NCBI GenBank assembly: GCA_016186045.1
Contig: JACPMJ010000005.1
Span: 7,143 to 71,142, forward strand
DNA: 64,000 nt
Source: Candidatus Uhrbacteria bacterium
Lineage (GTDB): Bacteria > Patescibacteriota > Patescibacteriia > JACQRZ01
Reading direction: 5' to 3'
Below the pieces are notes generated by a model. The model searched no databases, was not told the origin of the DNA, and was given only the letters and a program-made list of their open reading frames with translations. Positions 19,840-28,041 of this stretch are shown here, piece by piece. Position 1 is the first letter of the stretch. The number at the start of each line of letters is the position of its first letter. The position numbers were made by a program, and so were the translations under genes.

Positions 19840-21666
19840 TTACTTGAGATTTTTTACGATCTCTTCAAGAATATCTCCGAAATTGTTCAGGCAGTCCTCC
19901 ATGGTACTGAACAAAAGTTCGGTGGGATAGATATGCGGAGTACCGTGAACCCCAATGAACATGTGAATGACGATAATGCCGGACTCCTTGAGCTCACGGG
20001 AGATTCGCGCCGCGAGCTTCAGGTCATCCGGACCGTCATCGCAGAGCATGATGAGAACTTTACGCTTTCGCTTTGACTCGCGTAGTTTTTTTGCGGCGAC
20101 CGTGAGCATGTGCGTATCCGAGTTCCCATCATCCGCGCTAATGACAACGAATGACGGGAACTTACTGGGAGGGCCGTAATCGTAGATGATTTTTGAATTG
20201 AACGCCCAGATGTTTCCCGCACACACCGGATGAAGCGCCATAATCGCCTCAGAAAAGAGAACGGCGATTTGTTTTGCTTGTTCTATCTTCTCCCCAGCCA
20301 TGGATCCGCTTCTATCAATGCAGAGATGAATCTCCGCATCAATATTTCGCTCTTCCACGATGTCTTTTAGAAATCCGGAGAGGCCTGTTGCGATGCGTGC
20401 GACCTCTCGAGTATCCAGCTCCCCCTCGTCCTGCCCATAGAGGATGTATTCGGAGGGATTTTCGAGACGCTTGAGCTTTCGCACCAGCGGCTCTACAAGA
20501 TGTTGGACCGAAGCAAGAATGCGATTATACGCGGGAGCGTGAACGCCATTTCTTGGAATGCTTTTGACGGGAACCGTATCTTCCCTGCCTACGGAATGTG
20601 GTCCGCGCGGATACGCGGCGCGCATACCTCTCATCCACTTGACGAGATTATTGAGCGCCTGATTTCTTCCTACTTTGAGAGTTCCTGCCATGATTGCATT
20701 GAGATTTCCAAGGAGTGCGGGATCCAGTGGCTCTCCCATCTCAATACTCGCGGCCAAGAGACAGAGCGCGATGAACTTTTGTTCAAATTCCTTGCGAAGA
20801 TTTTTGAGATTCTGACTCTTTCCCTGTTCCTTTTCTTTTTCATCAGGATCGCCAAGAATCGCGTGGATTTCTTGGGCGGCCCAGAGGAGATAGTCCGGTG
20901 TCGCAGTGAGAAGAAGTTTCGGAGAGATCAGTTTCATCGCCTTATGCACCTTCCTGATGCGCGGGCGCTTGTGCCACTTTGCCGCGAAGAAAAAATCTTC
21001 ATAGGCATCAGTTGGTTTCCAATTCCGAAGAATTAAGGTGATATGCGCCTCTCCTGTTTTTTGCGTCGAAAGGTTTCGAGCGCTCCGAGAGAGATTCTTT
21101 TTCTGCTTTTCTTTTTTTGCCGATATTTTCGCGTGGAGGGGTTTCGGATGCTCTGTGTTTCGTATGTATGTTGAGAGTATTTGCGCAAGGGTTTGTCTGC
21201 GCGCCATCGTGGAGACATAGGCGAGACGCCTACGCAGTGTACTCGCAAATCCCGGCGCATGGCCTGCGGTTAGGATATCATCTTTGCGATCAAGGATGAT
21301 ATTGGTGATATGTTGTAAGATATCTCCGCCAAAGTCGTACGCCTCTGCAAGAAGTTTTGTCCCATAAGGGGAAAACTTGATATGACCGCTCTCATGATAG
21401 CCGGTTCCAAAACCGACCTCCTCATGTCCTTCAGTGAAAAACCATGGAGAGATACGTACCTCGGCGATGCAATCCGTACTTGCGGTCGGAATACTTGCAT
21501 CAAAGATAAGCCGGAACGGCTTACCGATAAGCGCGGTAAGGTGATCACAGAGAATCGGAAAGACGCGTTCAAGAATCTTTTTATCCCGTTCTTCTTTTGG
21601 AAGTGCGGCCTCTATCGCCACATCCATCTGATCAAGGGTATCTTGAATACGGGAAAAAGCGTTCAT
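19840..21666 (-). CDS. von Willebrand factor A (VWA) domain protein, CobT-like architecture (about 430-aa unknown N-terminal region + C-terminal VWA)
   Basis: MIDAS motif LCIDRSGSMAG, VWA beta-alpha pattern in C-terminal third; last gene of RT-ATPase-VWA module. Confidence 0.8.
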   Translation of the reverse strand: MNAFSRIQDTLDQMDVAIEAALPKEERDKKILERVFPILCDHLTALIGKPFRLIFDASIPTASTDCIAEVRISPWFFTEGHEEVGFGTGYHESGHIKFSPYGTKLLAEAYDFGGDILQHITNIILDRKDDILTAGHAPGFASTLRRRLAYVSTMARRQTLAQILSTYIRNTEHPKPLHAKISAKKEKQKKNLSRSARNLSTQKTGEAHITLILRNWKPTDAYEDFFFAAKWHKRPRIRKVHKAMKLISPKLLLTATPDYLLWAAQEIHAILGDPDEKEKEQGKSQNLKNLRKEFEQKFIALCLLAASIEMGEPLDPALLGNLNAIMAGTLKVGRNQALNNLVKWMRGMRAAYPRGPHSVGREDTVPVKSIPRNGVHAPAYNRILASVQHLVEPLVRKLKRLENPSEYILYGQDEGELDTREVARIATGLSGFLKDIVEERNIDAEIHLCIDRSGSMAGEKIEQAKQIAVLFSEAIMALHPVCAGNIWAFNSKIIYDYGPPSKFPSFVVISADDGNSDTHMLTVAAKKLRESKRKRKVLIMLCDDGPDDLKLAARISRELKESGIIVIHMFIGVHGTPHIYPTELLFSTMEDCLNNFGDILEEIVKNLK

Positions 21667-21728
21667 GGAGTTCTCCTTTCATTGTGAAAAGTTGTCAAAG
21701 ATCTTTATGGTTATTGTAATCCTTTTTT

Positions 21729-21845
21729 AGGGAATAGAGGGTGTCATCCTGAGTGATAACGAAGGATCCCGTTGGTATCATGTTTTTAACATCGGGATTC
21801 CTCTCCGCCAGCTGGCGGATCGGAATGACATACATAGTATTCCCT
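21729..21845. repeat. A-type palindromic element copy 1 (GTCATCCTGAGTGA...GGGATTCCTCTCCGCCAGCTGGCGGATCGGAATGACATACATAGTATTCCC)
   Basis: Right 49 bp identical (1 mismatch) to 38451-38499; core CCGCCAGCTGGCGG 21805-21818. Confidence 0.8.
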
Positions 21846-22062
21846 AAAAAAGAGGGGGAACGAACGTTTTTCATTCCCCGTGGTGGAGAGGTTGGATATT
21901 TGATGGGCTGCCCCGTAGCCGGTATTCCCGCGATCGGGAATACCGTGCCGAGCCCTCGCGTTCATCGCGAGGGTGAGGGGGCCACGCTTACCCTGTTTGA
22001 CCGCAGACTCCCTGATTCTGGTACAGAATCAGATCAGCGTCCACGCAAAAGCGTATGCAGTA

Positions 22063-22116
22063 GGGTCACGTCTAAGGTGACCTACCTTTTTCGCATAGTG
22101 CAAAACGGTCAAGAAA
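22063..22116. repeat. B element copy 2 (GGGTCACGTCTAAGGTGACCTACCTTTTTCGCATAGTGCAAAACGGTCAAGAAA)
   Basis: About 90% identical to 23592-23646; contains hairpin GGTCAC-GTCTAAG-GTGACC; lies just 3' of ATPase gene. Confidence 0.7.
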
Positions 22117-22183
22117 TATCCAATGCGCCGTCTGGTACAAACGGCTCTCCCCTGTATGTGATGTGAGAAAGAAAGTTTAGAGA

Positions 22184-23341
22184 TTATGGAATCTTCATGG
22201 TAAGAGTGGCAAACGCCTTCGCCGCCTCTGTCCCGGACTTCACATCGATGGTTCCATCCTTCAAAACTTTAATGTCGGATGAATACTTATCAAGAAGTCC
22301 TCGCACGACCGCGAGTTTGAGCTTCCATCCTCCGAGCATGAGGCGCGCGGTGTTTCTGCATCCGCGATAACTCGGGGCGTATGAGATAGCGCCGGAATGC
22401 GCGAGATCGCGTATTGCTCGTGCGACCTGCACGATTGCGAGCGCGGCGCGTTCCGAGATACCCACCTCATCCTTGAGTTTTTTCACCTCGAAGTCCTCCG
22501 GCATGGACTCCACCCAAATGAATCCAAAACGATCCTGAAGAGCGGTGCCGAGAGAGAAGACGTCTTGATGCTGTGCGCCTTGATTCATGGTCCCGATGAA
22601 GTGAATATTCGGCGAGAGTCTGATCGTAACACTCCCGTCGGTCGTAGTAATAGCAATTTGCCCGGTGTCATCAAAAAGACCGTGCATACCCTGATGCGAC
22701 TTTTCATGGATGCGATTGATCTCATCCAAGATGACGAGGAAGTGCGTGTTCAGTCCTTGAGCGTATGCGATATTCGCCCGCTCTACGTAATCTGCAAAGG
22801 CGGACTTGACAAACTTTGTTGATGCATTCACTGCGGCATCGGATCCAAACATGTCGTTGCCATGCTTGATCGTCTCAATGTCCACCTTGCAGGGTTCTTG
22901 CCAGTGAAGGGCGTGAGCCACCGCATAGCCAAGGGTCGTCTTTCCGCTTCCCTTATCACCGAGAAGGATGACGTTGGTTCCATTGTTCAGCCAGTTCAAA
23001 AGCTGGCTCAACATAAGTGGATCGGTCCAGTGGCCAGGCAATTCTTTGATCTTTTGCCAGTCCGCAAGCTCCGTTTTTCTGGAAATAAGTCGCACAAACG
23101 ATGTACTCGTTCCCTTGCGACTTTTTTCTTGTCGTTCAAGTTCAACATGCCAAATATCACCATCATTGACGGCAACATTTGTCTGGTTTATCACCTGAAT
23201 CGCGGGAGGAATGTCATATTCCTCAACAAACGAAAGACAAGACACACCCTGTTCGGTGGTATGCGCTCGGGCAAGAAGTAAGTCCGCCATTATGTATCCA
23301 TCCTTTCTTTCTGTATCTTTGTAAAAGTACGGTTCCTCCAT
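22184..23341 (-). CDS. AAA+ ATPase, MoxR/CbbQ/NirQ/CobS-like, with about 110-aa N-terminal extension
   Basis: Walker A GDKGSGKTT, Walker B FLVILDEINR, sensor region IGTMNQG, arginine-rich C-terminal helical lid. Confidence 0.85.
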   Translation of the reverse strand: MEEPYFYKDTERKDGYIMADLLLARAHTTEQGVSCLSFVEEYDIPPAIQVINQTNVAVNDGDIWHVELERQEKSRKGTSTSFVRLISRKTELADWQKIKELPGHWTDPLMLSQLLNWLNNGTNVILLGDKGSGKTTLGYAVAHALHWQEPCKVDIETIKHGNDMFGSDAAVNASTKFVKSAFADYVERANIAYAQGLNTHFLVILDEINRIHEKSHQGMHGLFDDTGQIAITTTDGSVTIRLSPNIHFIGTMNQGAQHQDVFSLGTALQDRFGFIWVESMPEDFEVKKLKDEVGISERAALAIVQVARAIRDLAHSGAISYAPSYRGCRNTARLMLGGWKLKLAVVRGLLDKYSSDIKVLKDGTIDVKSGTEAAKAFATLTMKIP

Positions 23342-23359
23342 TTCAGATTATTAGACTCT

Positions 23360-23490
23360 GTCATTGCGAGGGATCCGCCTCCGTCTCCGCCAATTGGCGG
23401 ATGGCGGAGGTGGAAACCGTGGCAATCCCAATTAGAGATCCCTCGTCCCTCGGGGGTACTCGGGATGACATTACTTCGCTCGGGATGACA
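23360..23490. repeat. A-type-related palindromic element in reverse orientation (GTCATTGCGAGGGATCC...CCGCCAATTGGCGG...CTCGGGATGACATTACTTCGCTCGGGATGAC)
   Basis: Core CCGCCAATTGGCGG 23387-23400; reverse complement of 3' end equals GTCATCCCGAGCGAAG start of A-type element. Confidence 0.7.
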
Positions 23491-23591
23491 CACGGCGACT
23501 TTGATCCTATGGCGCAAGAAATGTTTTGTAAAGAAATGCTTGCGCGGATGGGATTTCCATTTGATCGAGGACGGCTTGATCAGATACGGTT

Positions 23592-23646
23592 GGATCACGT
23601 CTAAGGTGACCTACCTATTTCGCATGATGCAAAACGGTCAAGGAAA
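23592..23646. repeat. B element copy 1 (GGATCACGTCTAAGGTGACCTACCTATTTCGCATGATGCAAAACGGTCAAGGAAA)
   Basis: Immediately 3' of RT stop codon (23657-23659). Confidence 0.7.
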
Positions 23647-23656
23647 CTGGTATTTT

Positions 23657-24901
23657 TTATTTGAAAGGAATGGACTCGTCCGCAGTATCCTTCTTCTTGC
23701 GACTTCTGCGCCGAGGTGGCTCCTCGGTGGCAATCTGTGTTTCCGCCGAAGTTTCCGAAGTTTGCGGCTCTGGAGTGACAGCAGTCGTTTTCTTGCGTCT
23801 GCGCGGTTTCTTACCTAACTCTCCGGCAAGCTCATTGAACTTGATGGTCTTGAGCTCGGTTTCGGCTTTTTCCGTAATAGCACGAACCTTGCTTGGGAGC
23901 TTGTCAGAATAGATATGGCGAAGATAGCCGATAGTGCCGGCGATCTCTCCGTATACCTGTTTGGTGGGCTCCGCCTTGATGACCGCGAGGAGCTTGTTGA
24001 TCCTCGCGCGGAACTGGTTTAGCTTGTTTGGGGCAAGCGTAATCCGTCCGTCCGGAGCCAAAACGATTCCCGTGATCACTGGTACTGCTCCGGTTTTTGG
24101 AGTGAAGTACTTCGTCTTGTCTTTCCGTTCATGAGGAAAAAATCCATTCTTTTTCATGACGGCAAGAATCCTCTTTCGGAGCTCCCCGGGAATTTCTTCC
24201 TCAAAGGAGATCGTGAGATCATCGCACCATACCGTGATGCGATACTCCTGAAGCGGTGTGGAGTTTTCCGAGATCAGCTTCCAGATATCCTGATCCATCT
24301 TACAGCAGACGATATCAAGGATGCGTGGACTGGTCGGAGGGCCTTGCGGGAGACGGTCATGGAGACAGACGAGATCCACGAGAGACTCGAGCATCTGTTT
24401 TATCTCTTCCGCCTCGAATGTCTGTCCGGAAAATTGCTTCAGCGCAAAGGTGAAGGGTTTGCGAAGATTCGCGCGGATCCTACTCCGATAGACACTGGGA
24501 AAGGCGTTCACAATGTCGATCGAAAAGGCTCGCTCATTTCCCGCGTGGTGCTCTGCGTTTGTCTTCACACTGCACCCTCGCTGGTTCCCGTGCCTGCAGA
24601 AATGTACCGGAATGGAAATTAGAAATCTGTTAAGGATCTTTCGCTGGACGCTTTTAAGTTCATCACAGGGAGCCGCATAACGTCGTACTCCTCTGCCCGG
24701 CCCCTTTGATTCCGCCCACTCGCGGTATGCCGCCTTTTGACGAAGCTTGTCGAGACAAAAATCCCACTCCTGCGTGGAGAGATGAAGCAAGAGTCGTAAA
24801 ATTCGCGCAAGTCGTTCTGGAAGCTCCAGAACGCTCTCGAAATCCTTGTACACCCATTCTTTGGGCGTATGACGCCGACGCCGACGTGTTGAAGTCGCCA
24901 T
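23657..24901 (-). CDS. reverse transcriptase, retron-type/retron-like
   Basis: SKGPGRGVRRYAAP (motif 1), NAEHHAG (NAxxH), FSIDIVNAFPSV (motif 2), LPQGPPTSPRILDIV, VWCDD catalytic box (YADD variant), KTKYF, VITGIVL (VTG); 130-aa C-terminal extension with basic tail. Confidence 0.8.
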   Translation of the reverse strand: MATSTRRRRRHTPKEWVYKDFESVLELPERLARILRLLLHLSTQEWDFCLDKLRQKAAYREWAESKGPGRGVRRYAAPCDELKSVQRKILNRFLISIPVHFCRHGNQRGCSVKTNAEHHAGNERAFSIDIVNAFPSVYRSRIRANLRKPFTFALKQFSGQTFEAEEIKQMLESLVDLVCLHDRLPQGPPTSPRILDIVCCKMDQDIWKLISENSTPLQEYRITVWCDDLTISFEEEIPGELRKRILAVMKKNGFFPHERKDKTKYFTPKTGAVPVITGIVLAPDGRITLAPNKLNQFRARINKLLAVIKAEPTKQVYGEIAGTIGYLRHIYSDKLPSKVRAITEKAETELKTIKFNELAGELGKKPRRRKKTTAVTPEPQTSETSAETQIATEEPPRRRSRKKKDTADESIPFK

Positions 24902-25020
24902 GCGTATCCTTCCTTTCTCAATCTTTATGAAAAGAGCGATAAGAAACCTTTTGTTTTTGACACAAGGCTTCAGAATAGCTGATCACAAAAAGTGTTCAGA
25001 TATTCCGAAAACTCGAGATT

Positions 25021-25050
25021 AAAAAAGAGGACAAAATCCCCTCCTTTTTC
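25021..25050 (-). terminator. intrinsic terminator of rnhA (minus strand GGAGGGGATTTTGTCCTC + T6)
   Basis: Hairpin plus TTTTTT on minus strand, 60 nt after rnhA stop. Confidence 0.55.
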
Positions 25051-25111
25051 CCATATTTCAAAGAAACTATGGGTGTTTGAACGTTTCCTGCTTTACTCTA
25101 TCACTTCTTTA

Positions 25112-25537
25112 TTATTTTGTCAAGACCAGATGGGCATCTATCGCCATATTTACCAGCATATCCGCCTCCTTGTTTTTTTCACGAAAAATATGAGTAAATG
25201 TTATTTTTTTGAACTTTTGTTTAAGATTCCAAATTTTTAAAAATAATGGGGCGAGATTTTTATCCTTGACACGGTATATTCCATGGAGTTGTTTTACGAC
25301 AAGCTCGCTGTCTAAATAGCACCACACCTCCTGCGCATCCATCTCGTGCGCGCGCTCGAGCGCATACACCAGCGCTCGGTACTCCGCCTGATTATTTGTC
25401 GTCTCACCGATATATTTTTTGAAATGATGTTTTTCTCCTGTTTCTTTATCTTCCAAAACAATGCCGATGCCGGCGGGTCCGGGATTTCCCCGCGCGCCGC
25501 CATCGGTATGAATGATGAATGTTTTTTGATGAGACAT
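25112..25537 (-). CDS. rnhA: ribonuclease HI
   Basis: IHTDGGARGNPGPAGIGIV...NNQAEYRALVYALE...DSELVVKQ catalytic DEDD pattern. Confidence 0.85.
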   Translation of the reverse strand: MSHQKTFIIHTDGGARGNPGPAGIGIVLEDKETGEKHHFKKYIGETTNNQAEYRALVYALERAHEMDAQEVWCYLDSELVVKQLHGIYRVKDKNLAPLFLKIWNLKQKFKKITFTHIFREKNKEADMLVNMAIDAHLVLTK

Positions 25538-25560
25538 ATGATATTAAACTGGATTCCAGG

Positions 25561-25604
25561 GTCATCCGCCATCCACCAACTGGCGGAGGCGGACAGGAAT
25601 GACA
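25561..25604. repeat. palindromic family member (GTCATCCGCCATCCACCAACTGGCGGAGGCGGACAGGAATGACA) overlapping recJ stop codon
   Basis: Encodes the last residues RLRQLVDGG and stop of RecJ on minus strand. Confidence 0.7.
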
Positions 25605-27379
25605 TTTTTAGATAAACGCAGATCAATAATTTTCAGCTGAAGTTCTTTCGTCCCGTTCCATTCATTCGTGTCTAATTCAACTACCACATCTATACTGCTT
25701 CCCGTCTGGATTTTTTCCAACCACGAACCGAATGAAAAACCGATGAGTTTTTTTTGTATACCATCTTGCTGGACGGTGAGACGGAGGTGTTTATTCTCTT
25801 TTCCCACACCTTGCATGCCCAGAACATGGATATCGGAAATAAGAAATAATGGCTTTGGATTACCGTTTCCAAATGGCTCAAATTTTTCCAATTGTTCAAA
25901 AAAATTCCAAGTGAACTGGGAAAGTTTCACTTCCGCATCTATGGAAAGAACCGGAATACGGTCGTTGTCCTGAATCATCTCATCTCCAAGGCGCTGGAGT
26001 TCACGCTTGACCTCCTCGCAGTCCACGCCATCCGTGACTGCAAATCCTCCGGCCGCCTCATGTCCTCCATAGCGATCAAAAAAATGGCTCAACTTTTCAA
26101 ATACGCGGGCGAGATGAAATCCGTTCATGCTTCTGCCGGTGCCCGCGACATGACCTTCATGCGCGCGTGTCATAAGAATAACCGGCCGATGGTATTTTGA
26201 TGATATTTTTCCCGCAACAAGTCCCAGGATACCCAGTGGCCAATCGTCTCCAATTGCCACAAAAATTTTTTTATCTGCACAAATATCTTCTCTAAGTTGT
26301 TCCTCTACCGCGGCAACAACGCGATCGGTCGCCTTTCTGCGTTCAACATTGCTCCTATCAAGACGCTCGGCAAGTACGGCTGCTCGCTGGGGATCTTTTT
26401 CCGTCATGAGAAAAAAAGCAATCGTGCCATGTGTCATGCGGCTTGCCGCATTGATCCGTGGACCAAGCGCGAAATTGATCGTCTGTGTCGTAATTTTTTT
26501 ATCGGAAATATTCGCAACGGTGAGAAGTTTTTGAAGACCACTTCGTTTTGTTTTGTTCAATACGATCAGGCCGTATCGCACAAAAAGTCTATTTTCCCCA
26601 ATCAATGGTACGCAGTCACAAATAGTCGCCATACAGACCGCGTCAAGAAGCCATTTTTCAAAGCCCTCCCAATGGATGGGTTTTCCAGTATCATCAGTGA
26701 CGTTTTTTTTCTTTTCAGAAAAATCAGAGTCAAAATCCGCGCGAATAATCCCCTGTACCAATTTGAATGCCGTTCCCGCGCCCGCAAGATGTTTGAAAGG
26801 ATATCTGTCTGCGCGTACGCGAGGGTGAATGATGGCGTACGCGGACGGAATATCTTCTTCTTTCTCCGGAACATGATGATGATCGGTAATAATGACATCC
26901 ATTCCGAGATCATGCGCGTAAGCAACCTGCTCTTTATTTGATATGCCATGATCATTTGTGATGATAAGTGCAGTTTCATCCGCAGCGAGTTCTTTGATGG
27001 CATCCATCTGTAATCCGTATCCCGCTTTTTCCCTATGGTTCATGTGCACGTGAATACGATCCGTAAAAAGGGAGAGAACCTCATATAAAACGGTTGATCC
27101 ACAGACGCCGTCCACATCATAATCCCCATAGATAGTGATCTTCTCTTTTTCTTTGATCGCGCGTATGATACGCGCCACCGCGCGTTGCATATCGTCAAAG
27201 AGATACGGATCGTGCACATCACGCGCATAGTCAGGTTCAAGAAAGGCGCGTATCGCGCCTTCGTTTTCTATTGAGATGTTTCTGTTCGCTAAAAGTTGGA
27301 GAATAAACGGATCGATATGGGGATATGTGTTGCGTGTTTCTTCATCAACCTTCTGTGCGAGTATCCAGCGTTTTTCCAT
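25562..27379 (-). CDS. recJ: single-stranded-DNA-specific exonuclease RecJ
   Basis: DHH motifs ITIYGDYDVDGVCG, ITDHH, DHH-associated DHHA1 region GGHEAAGG. Confidence 0.85.
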   Translation of the reverse strand: MEKRWILAQKVDEETRNTYPHIDPFILQLLANRNISIENEGAIRAFLEPDYARDVHDPYLFDDMQRAVARIIRAIKEKEKITIYGDYDVDGVCGSTVLYEVLSLFTDRIHVHMNHREKAGYGLQMDAIKELAADETALIITNDHGISNKEQVAYAHDLGMDVIITDHHHVPEKEEDIPSAYAIIHPRVRADRYPFKHLAGAGTAFKLVQGIIRADFDSDFSEKKKNVTDDTGKPIHWEGFEKWLLDAVCMATICDCVPLIGENRLFVRYGLIVLNKTKRSGLQKLLTVANISDKKITTQTINFALGPRINAASRMTHGTIAFFLMTEKDPQRAAVLAERLDRSNVERRKATDRVVAAVEEQLREDICADKKIFVAIGDDWPLGILGLVAGKISSKYHRPVILMTRAHEGHVAGTGRSMNGFHLARVFEKLSHFFDRYGGHEAAGGFAVTDGVDCEEVKRELQRLGDEMIQDNDRIPVLSIDAEVKLSQFTWNFFEQLEKFEPFGNGNPKPLFLISDIHVLGMQGVGKENKHLRLTVQQDGIQKKLIGFSFGSWLEKIQTGSSIDVVVELDTNEWNGTKELQLKIIDLRLSKNVIPVRLRQLVDGG

Positions 27380-27400
27380 GGAGGATGTCTCACGTTAAAA

Positions 27401-27871
27401 TCAAATGGTTTTTTTCTTTTTTGGAATCAGGAGAAGCGTCGCGAGTCCCAGGACACTGGCGCCAACAATGCCGGTTCCTCCATACAGTTTGGTATAGGGA
27501 TCAATGGTTTCCCACCAGCTTGGCTGTTTTGGCGGACGAGTATTTTCAGGAGTTGGCGCAACAACCGCGGATACGGATGCGGCATTTTCTTGCGCCTTCA
27601 TTTTTGTCGAAACAAAGAGTAATGAGGTGAATAACACCATAAATCCGATAGAGAGAAACACCGCCTGTTTGAGATGGACGTGATACTGGACTGTTGTTAC
27701 TGGCTGAGGAACTGATGCTGGAAGCGAAGGTGCTATAACCTGCTCATTTGGTTCCATAGGCGCATCAGAAAGAATAACCGCTGAAAGAATTTCCGGAGCT
27801 GATATCTCGGTTTTTTTGGATTTTTTCGAGCTTCGTTTTTTAACAACTAACGTTCGTTTTTTGGGAGGCAT
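27401..27871 (-). CDS. hypothetical membrane-anchored protein (Lys-rich N-terminus, one TM)
   Basis: ORF only. Confidence 0.4.
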   Translation of the reverse strand: MPPKKRTLVVKKRSSKKSKKTEISAPEILSAVILSDAPMEPNEQVIAPSLPASVPQPVTTVQYHVHLKQAVFLSIGFMVLFTSLLFVSTKMKAQENAASVSAVVAPTPENTRPPKQPSWWETIDPYTKLYGGTGIVGASVLGLATLLLIPKKKKTI

Positions 27872-28041
27872 AGGATCGCAAAAAAAGAAATAAGTTAGAA
27901 AAATGGGGCGATGACAGTGGAAATGACCATTGAAAAAATAACAATGACGGCAAGGACAAGAAAAATGCGGCGTATCTGTTTTCTACTTAAGAATGGCATA
28001 TCATTAGTATACACCTTTTAAAAAAATACAAATGTGGATAG

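Noticed and set aside
21753-22166. 137-aa plus-strand ORF between the VWA and ATPase genes
   Set aside because: Lies entirely over the A-type palindromic element and B element; composition is repeat translation, opposite strand to the module.
23179-23818. ORFs 23179-23604 (+), 23290-23598 (-) and 23501-23818 (+) in the RT-ATPase spacer
   Set aside because: They are translations of the palindromic repeat block (23360-23490) and B element and overlap the real gene ends; no RBS or coding periodicity.
24902-25111. Searched the 210 bp upstream of the RT (minus strand) for a classical retron msr/msd (a1/a2 inverted repeats, long msd hairpin)
   Set aside because: Only a short hairpin (GAAAC...GTTTC / CCCATA...TATGGG) and the rnhA terminator (GGAGGGGATTTTGTCCTC+T6) are present; no long stem or flanking inverted repeats overlapping the RT start. 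A non-canonical ncRNA cannot be excluded.
24992-25240. 82-aa plus-strand ORF spanning the rnhA terminator and rnhA 3' end
   Set aside because: Overlaps rnhA on opposite strand and the terminator hairpin; no RBS.
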